A DNA stretch of 61,800 nucleotides, the filler included, from Nemertoderma westbladi (Eukaryota; Animalia; Xenacoelomorpha): the NCBI GenBank assembly GCA_032718475.1. It is 3 parts of 3 records of this genome, joined end to end, with 100 filler letters (N's around TTAATTAATTAA, not from the genome) between each part and the next. Parts side by side here need not be neighbours in the genome. Positions count along the whole stretch, not along the records: positions 1 to 24,092 come from JAUCBJ010000007.1; 2 more parts are not named here. One strand, given 5' to 3'. The position numbers and the translations under genes were made by a program. The notes under the pieces are model-generated. The model saw nothing but the letters and a program-made list of their open reading frames with translations. It had not been told where the DNA came from and ran no database searches. Each line of letters opens with the position of its first letter. Positions within the stretch are counted from its first letter, which is position 1. Below, piece after piece: positions 1-9,863 of the stretch.

Positions 1-183
1 TCTCTGATCCATATTCTGGCCTACTCAGTGGGCCTATGCAGTACAGCAGTATGCGTCGTGTGGCCACACGATTTATCCAGCTGTACTCATATGCCCCCCT
101 CTCGCTACTAACTCTACTTACTACTAACTAATATCTATATCTTATTTACCCCTTTTACCTCTTACTCTCTCTCTCTAACTAAT

Positions 184-830
184 GGTACTACGTACCCTCT
201 AACTCTAACTCTAACTAGGTACTACGTACCTACTAACTCTAACTCTATCGGTACTACCTACCCTCTAACTCTAACTCTAACTAGGCATTACGTACCCTCT
301 AACTCTAACTCTAACTAGGTACTACGTACCTACTAACTCTAACTCTAACTAGGTACCACGTACCTACTAACTCTAACTCTAACTAGGTACCACGTACCTA
401 CTAACTCTAACTCTATCGGTACTACCTACCCTCTAACTCTAACTCTAACTAGGCATTACGTACCCTTTAACTCTAACTCTAGGTACTACGTACCTACTAA
501 CTAACTAACTCTAGGTACTACGTACCTACTAACTCTCTAACTCTAACTCTAACTAGGTACTACGTACCTACTAACTCTAACTCTATCAGTACTACGTACC
601 TACTAACTCTCTAACTCTAGGTACTACGTACCTACTAACTCTAACTCTAGGTACTACGTACCTACTAACTAACTAACTCTAGGTACTACGTACCTACTAA
701 CTCTCTAACTCTAGGTACTACGTACCTACTAACTAACTAACTCTAGGTACTACGTACCTACTAACTAACTAACTCTAGGTACTACGTACCTACTAACTAA
801 CTAACTCTAGGTACTACGTACCTACTGACT
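184..830. repeat. Array of ~20 TAGGTAC-TAC-GTACCTA hairpin motifs in CTAACT low-complexity linker (3' non-coding region of the retroelement)
   Basis: GGTACTACGTACC or single-base variants recur every ~30-45 bp; the same module lies downstream of the gag remnant in the two LTR elements. Confidence 0.9.
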
Positions 831-994
831 CTCTAACTATTATTTTTATTTTATTTTATTTTTATTTGTGTGGGAAGGGCGTCTCGCCCTCAATCCCACC
901 CCCCTCAGTCCAAAACTTGGACGACTAAACTCCACTCTAACTCCAATTTAAGGTGCCCCTTCTAGAAGACAGGTAACACCTCTGCCCGCGCCTT

Positions 995-3661
995 TTACGG
1001 ATCTAACTCTTCCATCCGAGTCCAACCTGTTGGACAACTCAACGACCCAAGGGGTGATTCCTCCAGCAGGCAACTCTCCCACTGCCCCCCTATAGGTTCT
1101 CTAATTCTTCGCTCCGCTCTCCTTGTCAATTCGATAGGTGGTCTTTTCTCCTGTTTTGGCAAATGCTGTCTCCTATTTATGTTTCTGATCTCGTGGTCGT
1201 CCCTTGGCGGCAAAGTGCCACCCTTCAACGTGTCACCCGGCGGTATAATGCCGCCCCTGTTCTTCTCCTTAATCTTAGATGCCACCTCTGTTGGCCTCCC
1301 CCTTAATATGTGTGCTGGCATTAAAGGCTTCAACGACCCCCGTTCGTCCTTCGGTATACACGATGTCTGCCCATGTAATGCCCCCTCGCACTCTGTCGGT
1401 TCCGCGTGCGTACACAGCACGCCTCCTACTCTCCCACCTCCTTTGTCCACCATATGTTTATTCATGGGCTTCTCTGCCCCTGGTCTGATCGTCTCACATC
1501 TTCTCCCTTTCCCTCTTGTATTCTTAGTCGGCTTCCCCCTTGTCGGTATGCCTCTCAACCGGACCGGCGTCTCTTCCGGACGCTCCTCTGGACACTCCAC
1601 CAGACACTTCTCCGGTTTGTCCTCCCGACACTCCACCGTCCGCTCCTCTCCATCTCCATACCGATACTTGCTGGGACCCTTATTCCAACCCATCGTCTCC
1701 AGATCTTCTGCATCCATACCATTCTCCTCCGCCCACTCTCTTGGTGTTGCTTCTACTTCTAGCTGTCTACCACTATTGCCCATCTCTGACCTCTCCTCTA
1801 TCTCGTCGGTTCCTGGCACCATGCATCCTGAACTCTCGGACACATTGAATGGTATATTACTCTTAATTGGGCCTGTCAGTGTCCACCCGAATGGTGTCAA
1901 TATTGCCACCGGGTCACTCTGCTTGTCTTCGCCGAAGACCGTCTGCATTCTCTCGTGGGCCGTTGGGCAGTCCATGCCTACTATGATGGATACCTTCCTA
2001 ACGTCCACGTCTGGGATTGAGAAGTCAATGTTGTCCAGGAATTTGTATTGCTCAACCTCGATGTTGGTTGGCCGCCTGGCATTGATGTTGATTGACTCTA
2101 TTACTTGGATGGGGTCGATGGTTGCCCCATAATCGCATCCTGGTGCCACTGCCGCAATTGCGCACCGTCCTGTCCTCATCTCTAGGACCTCGTCTTTGCT
2201 AGAGATGGTTGTCACCGCCATCCTGCTTGGCCTCGTTCTCAACCCTATTTCTTCGGCTACCCATTCCTCAACTAATGTGAAGGCAGCTCCACTATCAACC
2301 AGCATTAGTGTTGTTACTGATCGATTGCCTTCTCCGATCACTCGCACCGGTACTACTCCAAGTAACACCGTGCCTCTTTTCTTCGCCCCTATCGTGCTCG
2401 TTGCCATCGTTTGGCCTCTCCTTTGGCCAAACTTGACCGGCTTCTCTTGGCATTCCCTGGCCTTGTGTCCACTCTTCACACATCGCGAGCAGATTTTATT
2501 GCTCGACGCGTAATCTATCTGGTCTTGCCTCGGTAGCGCCTGCCAGTACCTGCAGTTCATGGTTTTATGAAGCGCATTTGCGTGTAACTGGCATTTGCTC
2601 TTTGGGTCGTAGCCCTCTTTATACAATGCGTTGCGTATCGCAGTTGTATTCGTACCAAAGTCCCTACTATTCTTATTGACTGGATTTGGCCTACTGGACG
2701 TACTGGGGTTATGTTTATTCATGTTGTTATTGTTCCCCTGTCCGTCCCTTGATGTTGTCTTATCTTCGTTTGTCTGTGGACTTGCAGTCCCCTGCGTCGC
2801 TGCATATGGCAATGATTGCCTGAGTCTCGGTAACGCGTTCGATGTGTTGTGCTCTGGTTTTGGTCTATGGTAGTCTGTCTTTGGTCCCTTTCCCAGGCTG
2901 TCTTCGCTATAGACTGGGTCAGTTATTAGTTCAGCCTCGTAATTTAAGAAGTTTGACATTTCTTCTAAACCTGGTTCCGCACCCTTCTTATCTCGAGTGG
3001 AGAAAGCGATCTTCCTCCATTTGTTGCGCAGCCAGCTCGGTAGTGCCTGCGCTATCGTGGTGATGTTGTTGGACGCGTTGAGCTCGTATGGCGCGTCTAG
3101 CGTCTTCAGCACGATCAGCGCCTTCTCGACTTTGTTAGCAAACGTCTTAATGCTAACGGGATTATCCTGTAGGCCACCCGATGTTATGCCTCTCAGCGTC
3201 TGCCTGATGATCTTGGCCGGGTGCCCGTATTCCCTATCCAGTGCCCGCCATGCTGTCGTGAAGCCGCCCTCTATTCCCTGATATTGCCTCACGATGTCGT
3301 ATGCTGGGCCTCCCGTGTACACTTGTAGATACTTTAGGCACTCCGCCTGCGTCAAGTTTTTTGTTAGTATTTCGTTACTATACATTCGCCGAAACTGTAA
3401 GTATTCTTCCGGCCTGCTCCCATCGAATTTGAACGGTTCCACGGGTGGTAATTCGATCCTTGTTTTCAACGCATCGATCAACGTGGCCATCCCCATTGCC
3501 TGCGCTTCTAATGGATTCGACGGGTGCTGTATAGTTTCCCCTGTCTGGTGCGGTTCGTCCGTCCTATTTCTTGATCTTCTCTGACTCGGATATGTCATCG
3601 GGGGTAGCGGCCCCCTCCATATGTCTGTATCACACGACCTGTTTTCATCTAGGGGTCTCAT
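995..3661 (-). pseudogene. BEL/Pao-type gag-aspartic protease ORF, internally deleted (no RT/RNase H/integrase core)
   Basis: Motifs in the 995..3742 ORF: FKFDGSRPEEY...LKYLQVYTGGPAYDIV...AWRALDREYG (DUF1759-like Pao gag), Cys/His knuckles CQLHANALHKTMNC and CSRCVKSGHKAREC, protease LVDSGAAFTLV and PVAILTPFGWTLTGP, then LKPLMPAHILRGRP (like the Pao integrase C-terminal PLTPAHFL.GRP). The first ~27 codons (3742-3662) derive from the neighbouring element's 3' end and palindrome. Confidence 0.85.
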
Positions 3662-3704
3662 GATAGCATGGGGGGGAGTGTTAGCGGAATTGGATAAGCT
3701 AACA

Positions 3705-3713
3705 CTCCCCCCC
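3705..3713 (-). promoter_or_regulatory. Polypurine tract of copy 1
   Basis: Minus strand GGGGGGGAG immediately precedes TGTTAGC (LTR start); identical arrangement at 18526-18534. Confidence 0.8.
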
Positions 3714-4364
3714 ATGCTATCTTCCCGGTAAGAAGATAGCATCCAACTAAAGTGCGCTACAATTCCGCTGGATCCCGATCTAGCATCGGGTGTGGGGTGG
3801 GTTATTTTCTTTCTCGGAGTCGGCTTTCCAGGCCGCTCCCTATGGGTATGATGTCACTACCCTCTGGCGTCTCGTGTCGGGCCGATCGTGCGCTTCTCTC
3901 ACACAATTTTTGTTTCCCCAACACTCTCACCACTCTAACTCCGCTCTCTGACTCAACTCGCTCTTACTCTCTCCCCACACCTGAATCGCACTCTAACTCT
4001 CTCGCCAACGGCTCCTCTCACTGCCACTCTCTAAGGCCCTGACCTCTAATGCTATCCCTGTGCTATCATACTATCTACCTACTGCTTACTAACTCTAACT
4101 ATCTAACTAACTCTGCTAACTACTAACTCTCACTACTTCTAGCTCTAACTGAGAGCCTCTAACTTTCTACTGACTCTAACTCTCTACTAAGTCTAACTAA
4201 CTCCTACTAACTTTCTTGTTCTACTAACTCTACTTGACTCCTCTGAGTCTACCAACTCTGCTAACTAGCTCTACTAACTCTACTCCACTAGCTCTGCTAA
4301 CTCTACTCCACTAGCTCTGCTAACTCTACTAACTAGCTCTACTAACTCTACTCCACTCTTCTAA

Positions 4365-5305
4365 CTACGTGGCGCTTGCGGTGCCCACAACCATTCTACT
4401 ATCTGGCACCCTATGTGCTCTTCTGCTACTCAACTACCTCTCTAGCTCTACTACCTGGCACCCTATGTGCCCTCTCTGCTCTACTCTACTATCTGGCACC
4501 CTATGTGCCCTCTCTACTACACTACTACCTCTCTAACTCTACTACCTGGCACCCTATGTGCCCTCTCTACTACTCTACTCTATCTCTAACTCTCTAACTC
4601 TACTACCTGGCACCCTATGTGCCCGTCTCTACCACTCCTCTACTCCCCCTTTACGTCTCATCGCCTACACGTGACGCTCTGAGTGCCGGCAGAGTGGGTA
4701 CGTTAATTATGTGAGCTACTACTGACTCTACTAACTCTACTAACTCTCTACTAACTCTCTTAACTCTCTACTCTTCTACTTATGTGGCGCTTGCGGTGCC
4801 CACAACCACTCTACTATCTGGCACCCTATGTGCCCTTCTACTACTCAACTACCTCTACTACTAACTCCTTTTGTGCCCGGCACCTCTCGTGCCCGGCACC
4901 CACCCTAATTAACATACCCTGCTCTAACATCAAACACGTCATCACGCCCGTGCCCCATTAAGTTCAACGCATTCCCTACTAACTCTAACTACCTCTAGGT
5001 ACTACGTACCTACTAACTCTCTAACTCTAGGTACTACGTACCTACTAACTCTAACTCTGACTAGGTACTACGTACCTACTAACTCTCTAGCTCTCTCTAC
5101 TAGCTAGCGGTACTACGTACCTTCTTACTCTTACTAACTCTCTAACTAATGGTACTACGTACCCTCTAACTCTAACTAACTCTAGGTACTACGTACCTAC
5201 TAACTCTCTAACTCTAGGTACTACGTACCTACTAACTCTAACTCTGACTAGCGGTACTACGTACCCTCCTACTAACTCTTCTACTAACGGTACTACGTAC
5301 CACCC
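4365..5305. repeat. Hairpin-motif arrays (GGCAC-CCTAT-GTGCC, GTGGCGCTTGCGGTGCCCAC, GTGCC-C-GGCAC, GGTAC-TAC-GTACC) in low-complexity linker, copy 1
   Basis: Motifs directly visible multiple times in a CTA/CTCTA-rich background; homologous block at ~19095-20125. Confidence 0.85.
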
Positions 5306-5393
5306 TTTAACTAACTAACTAACTAACTAACTCTTACTACCTAACTTCTACCTACTCTATTATTTAATTATTTTCTTATTTTTAATTAAATAA

Positions 5394-7161
5394 TTATTTT
5401 ATATCTTGTGCGTGGGAAGGGCGTCTCGCCCTCATTCCCACCCCCTCAGTCCAAAACTTTGGACGACTAAAAACTCTCACGTGCCCCTTCTTCCGGTAGG
5501 CACTCTCCTGCTGCTCTCCTATACGTCCTTTAACTCTTCGCCACACTCTCTTCGGTGCCACCTTTGCTGGCCTCCCCCTTCGTATGTGCGCTGGCATTAG
5601 AGCCCTCGACGACCCCCGCTCGTCCCTCGGTATACGCGGTGTCTGCCCATGTAATGCCCCCTCGCACTGTGTCAGCCCTGCGTGTGTATGCAACACGCCT
5701 CCTTCTACTTTCCCGACTCCTTTGCTCATGGGCTTCTCTGCCCCTGGTCTAGTCCTTTCACATCCTCTCCCTTTCCAACACTCTCCGGATCTGTGTCCTT
5801 TTACCACACATCGATAACATAGTCCGTTTGCGTTTGTGTAGGCTACACGATCTCGTTTGGGCAACGCTTGCCAGTACTTGCAACTCCTGGTCTTATGGGT
5901 TCCGTCCCGATGTAATTGACATTGAAATCCTGGATTATAGCGTTTCCTGTATAGTCCTTCACGTATCGCGCTTAGGTTTATATGTACCGATTTAATGTTT
6001 TGGTTGTCTAGACTCGGCCTACTGGGTATATTGGGATTGTTTTTATTTACGGTGTTACTTTCTTTCTGTCCCTGCCACGGTGTGGCCCTGCTACCACCTA
6101 ACTGTGGACTAGCAGTCCCCTGTACGGCCGCGTGTGGTATCGACTGTCCGCACGACCTTCTCTCGTCCAAGGGGTCCGATGTTCTTGCTCCTATTGGGGT
6201 ATATTGTTGATATTGTGATGGGGGAATGTCACCCTGTCCCCCCCCACCCGGTATGTTTGGTACTGGGGTTGATGTTAATATATTGGGGCCCATACATCTA
6301 TCTCCAATAACTCCCCCCCTCCCCTGGATATATGTTATGTCCCTGTGTATTATAGTCATGCTGCTGTACCGATATAGGCCTACCTACCTCTCGCCTACCT
6401 ACCGGTATGTACTTCGCGACTTCCGGGTTTAATCCCGTCGTTCGCGCTACCCCATCGCCTACTCTATCTCTCCCAGCATGGCCTATAATAGTATGTGCAG
6501 TAAGGCCTACAGTATGTCCTGCAGTCTGCATGTGCCCTTCCGAACCGAAGTTTATTCTTCGCGAATCTCGAATCTCCCCGCGACTGCCGTACTCTCGATC
6601 GGCAGCTATATCACGTCGGGAAGTTTCCCTTCGATCCCCTATCCTGCTCTCGTCTTCGTATTTGTACGTCGTGTACCCCTCTCTCGGCGTGTGATGCATC
6701 CCACCGGATCGCATCTCTCCGGGGCGACGGCAATCTCCCGGAGTCCGACCCCACTGACTCTCCGTTCTCATCTCGACTACCGACGGCTCGCTATCCGTCC
6801 TCGCACTCCTATCGTTCGTGGCGACACCTTTTCTACTATCTTCTCTTCTTCTCTTTTCTGTGTAGTATTCCGGCTCGTGAGGTCTCTCGTCGACCTCCCG
6901 GTTAAACTCCACTGTTCTTCTTCCCTCTTCTGGTCGGGCTCGACGCTTCGTCTGCCCTCTCGCGACGTCAACCTGCTTCTCTCTGCTCGATCGCACGCCG
7001 CTGGGGATACTCGCAATCCCCCTATTACTCTCCGTCGCCGGGTGTTGCGGTTTACCTGATTCGGCCCGCGCATTATCCGCTGACGGCTGTGGGACACTCT
7101 CTGCCCCCCCTCTCTCTCTACTAATCTCTCGCGGTGGGGTGCCCGCAGCCCCCCCCCCCAC
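5394..7161 (-). pseudogene. Frameshifted continuation of the copy 1 ORF ending in gag zinc knuckles fused to an integrase-tail remnant
   Basis: ORFs 6298-7161 and 5394-6359 overlap at poly-C runs; CQLHRDGTHKTRSC / CYRCVVKGHRSGEC knuckles and ALMPAHIRRGRP match the 995..3742 ORF, but the gag core and protease are missing. Confidence 0.7.
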
Positions 7162-7450
7162 CCGCCACTTCTAACTTCACTATCTCTTACTACACTTCTA
7201 CATCCTTCTTGTGGGGCATTCTCTGCCCCCCCTCTCTCGCCACTAATCTTATGTGGTGGGGCGCCCGTAGCCCCCCCCCACTCGCCACTTCTAACTTCAC
7301 TACCTCTTGCTACACTTCTACACCCCTCTTGTGGGGCATTCTCTGCCCCCCCTCTCTCGCCACTAATCTTTCGCGGTGGGGTGCCCGTAGCCCCCCCCCC
7401 CACCCGCCACATCTAACTTCACTATCTCTTACTTCGTCTCTACACCCCTC
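7095..7450. repeat. Three ~120-bp tandem repeats with poly-C runs inside copy 1
   Basis: CTCTGCCCCCC..CTAATCT..GTGGGG..GCCACTTCTAACTTCACTA recurs at ~7100, 7221 and 7341; also three copies at ~21865-22220. Confidence 0.85.
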
Positions 7451-9226
7451 TCTAGTCGACGCACTGTCTCTACTGCGGCCGGGTCTATTCACCCCCGCCT
7501 CTCTCTCTACTACTGCGTGGCCTACCAGGCCCACCTCGGGTTGGCTCAACCGCGCCACTTCCTGCCTACTAACTACGTGGCCTACCAGGCCGCCGTCGGG
7601 TTGGCTCAGCCCTGCCACTTCCTGCCTACTAACTACGTGGCCTACCAGGCCGCCGTCTGCCGGGCTATGCACGTTTGACACGCTCACATTAATAGCACCA
7701 TTCCCAATATTATTTGTTAAATCAATTAAATTGTTAGAATTTGAAACGAGATTTAAATTAATTAAATTAGAATTATTATTATTTTCAAAATTTAAATTAA
7801 TATTCGAATTATTTGAATTAATGTTATTATTTGAATTTAAATTTAAATTACTACTACCCGGTAAAATATTATTTGCTGCAATAAAGGGATTAGGATTATC
7901 TACTACGGTACTATTAATATTAACTATTTCTAACGTACTACTACTACCCCCCCCGCCCGTGCGGCTACACCAGTTCTGGTTTTCTCGCTCGGTGCTTATA
8001 ACTGGGGTCTCACTCTCTGATAGTTCCAACCGCGCCAGTTCTAGTCGGCGCCGCTTCAGTTTGGCTTGATATTGCGCAAGCCTGCCTAGCCGGGCACGCA
8101 AATCATCCCGCTCACGCTCTGCCTCTATCTCTCTCTCTATGCACTCTCGGAAACTTTGCTCGGCCAACTCGGTATCTCTCGCAGTCGCAACCATCTCAAA
8201 CCGCCTCACCGGCTCGCTCTCTACTCTCATCTCCCGCTCTCTACACTCCTTGACTCTCTCTCTACACACCTCGACTCTCTCTCTATCCTCCCTTGCCCAC
8301 TCTCTTTCTCTCTCTATAACGGCGGCATTATCCCTCAGTTGCCGCTCTGTGCTATTCAGCTTCGCCGCTACCATTTCTAATTCATACGTCAGATTTATTT
8401 TCAGCACCCTTCTTTCTTTCGCGGAGGATGTAGCAGACTTATCGGTTGCGACGGACTCCCGTCGCCCCTCCGTCCTACCAACTTTCCCCCGCCTCCCGGA
8501 ACTCCCTCCGACCGACGAGACCGAATCCTCGGAGTTAACCTCGGATTCGCCCTCCCCAGGTCTCTTGCAACCCACTAATTTTATATCCTGGGCATCGACT
8601 AAGTATGGCCCTATGTACACTATACTAGGCCCCATACCCCTACGTTCCCATAGCCCAAACAGTACGAAGGCAACTCCCCACGCCCTCAACTCTGCTAGTT
8701 CTCTCTGCCCAGAACACACTAGGTGATCAAAGTATCTGTTCGACTCACCTAGTCGCTTTCTCAGTCTCACCTCGTCTATCTTCGCCCCCTCCTCGGCCTC
8801 CTTTAGTAGTTCCCGGGTCGCGAGGTAGGCCCGTCGAAGTCGATCAGAAACCCCGACGTCCTCGTCGCCGACCTCTCCTCCATCTCTCCGGGTCCGACGT
8901 CGTACCGACGGCCCCACCGTCGCCGTTCCGGTGGACCGTTCGTCGTCCTCTGCCTGTGGCTGACCGGTGACATCGGTACGTCGACCCTCGCTCCGCGTCG
9001 ACTCGTCTTTCTCTTCTCCTCCCGACTCGTCTCCTCTACTCGACTCGCTCTCTCCTGGTAGACGACCCCCCACATCTTGGTTCGCCGGGTTGCTCGTTAT
9101 CGACGTGGTCGACGTAGCATCGACCGGCGTCGTGGGTCCGTATCGTCTCGCCGTGGCCTCGCGGATCGTTAGATCGTCGTCCGGGGTCCGCGGCGGTGTC
9201 GTTCCTTTCTCTCCTATTCGGCTCAT
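7310..9226 (-). CDS. LTR-element ORF A: charged coiled-coil, Asn-rich tract and 20-aa repeats (putative gag N-terminal region)
   Basis: Open frame 9286-7310 with first ATG at 9226 (MSRIG); homologous open frame in copy 2 (22139-24031); E/R-rich helical segment, NLNLNSNNN tract, DGGLVGHVVSRQEVAGLSQP repeats. Confidence 0.6.
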   Translation of the reverse strand: MSRIGEKGTTPPRTPDDDLTIREATARRYGPTTPVDATSTTSITSNPANQDVGGRLPGESESSRGDESGGEEKDESTRSEGRRTDVTGQPQAEDDERSTGTATVGPSVRRRTRRDGGEVGDEDVGVSDRLRRAYLATRELLKEAEEGAKIDEVRLRKRLGESNRYFDHLVCSGQRELAELRAWGVAFVLFGLWERRGMGPSIVYIGPYLVDAQDIKLVGCKRPGEGESEVNSEDSVSSVGGSSGRRGKVGRTEGRRESVATDKSATSSAKERRVLKINLTYELEMVAAKLNSTERQLRDNAAVIEREREWAREDRERVEVCRERVKECREREMRVESEPVRRFEMVATARDTELAEQSFRECIEREIEAERERDDLRARLGRLAQYQAKLKRRRLELARLELSESETPVISTERENQNWCSRTGGGGSSSTLEIVNINSTVVDNPNPFIAANNILPGSSNLNLNSNNNINSNNSNINLNFENNNNSNLINLNLVSNSNNLIDLTNNIGNGAINVSVSNVHSPADGGLVGHVVSRQEVAGLSQPDGGLVGHVVSRQEVARLSQPEVGLVGHAVVEREAGVNRPGRSRDSASTREGCRDEVRDSEVRCGGWGGGLRAPHRERLVAREGGQRMPHKRGVEV

Positions 9227-9277
9227 CTTTGTCTTTGGTGTCAGTCTATCACTGTCAGGGCAGCTGGGCGGATCTGA

Positions 9278-9286
9278 TTCTGTCAC
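9278..9286 (-). promoter_or_regulatory. Primer-binding site of copy 1, self-complementary to LTR 9465-9473
   Basis: + strand TTCTGTCAC directly abuts the LTR and is the exact reverse complement of GTGACAGAA at 9465-9473; no TGG tRNA-type PBS. Confidence 0.75.
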
Positions 9287-9816
9287 TGTGACGGGATCTA
9301 CGGATCCCGGTTTATCCGTTTGGGTTTTCTATCCACGCGTCCCCGCCGTGTGTGAAAGGTAAAAGAGTTCTGGTGTTGGGTAATATGTATAAAGGTATAA
9401 TAGTCTGACAGTTGATATAATATAGTATGACACAACAGGTAATATATAATGGCGGTAGCGGACGGTGACAGAAGTCCCCGTTCCACCCTACTGATCTGAC
9501 TGAGTAAACTGAATGAATGATTACAGGTTACTGGTTATATTGCACGGTGGCCTTATTGCTACTCAATCGATGCCTTTCCCCCCTCTGATTGGTTGATACC
9601 CTTGTTGGCACCCTTTGGAGTGTTTCCCTTCACTCCCTGTGTTCTCTCTCGGTTAGGGGTTTGGCCCCTGACCCCTATTGTGTGTGTCTCCTTTGGGGCC
9701 TATTGTCCCCGTTTACTGGGCTGACACGAGGTTGATTGGTAATCAACCTCGTGCTCCCAATATTGCTTTATGGCTCACTCTGTGGGTTTGTGTTAGCGGA
9801 ATTGGATAAGCTAACA
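9287..9816 (-). repeat. 5' LTR of copy 1 (530 bp)
   Basis: Starts TGTGACGGGATC and ends GCTAACA on the + strand; homologous to 15473-18525 (minus the RTE insert) and to 24032-24092. Confidence 0.9.
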
Positions 9817-9863
9817 ACCATAGGTATATTATAGGCACTAGGGCTCAAGTTAAGCGTGACCAA

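Larger units (their letters stand above)
3679..9816 (-). mobile_element. Non-autonomous LTR retrotransposon copy 1 (complete 5' LTR; 3' LTR reduced to 26 bp)
   Basis: LTR 9287-9816 (TGT...ACA), internal ORFs, polypurine tract 3705-3713 abutting the LTR-terminal 26-mer 3679-3704; colinear and highly similar to 18500-24092. Confidence 0.85.

Noticed and set aside
100-840. CTAACT/CTAA runs as interstitial telomeric repeats
   Set aside because: Not a regular TTAGGG/TTAGG array; they are linker sequence repeated in each retroelement copy.
1179-3584. + strand ORFs opposite the gag-PR ORF (and similar ones at 6407-8726, 21191-24036, 16189-17436)
   Set aside because: Antisense shadows of coding or GC-rich sequence with no recognisable motifs.
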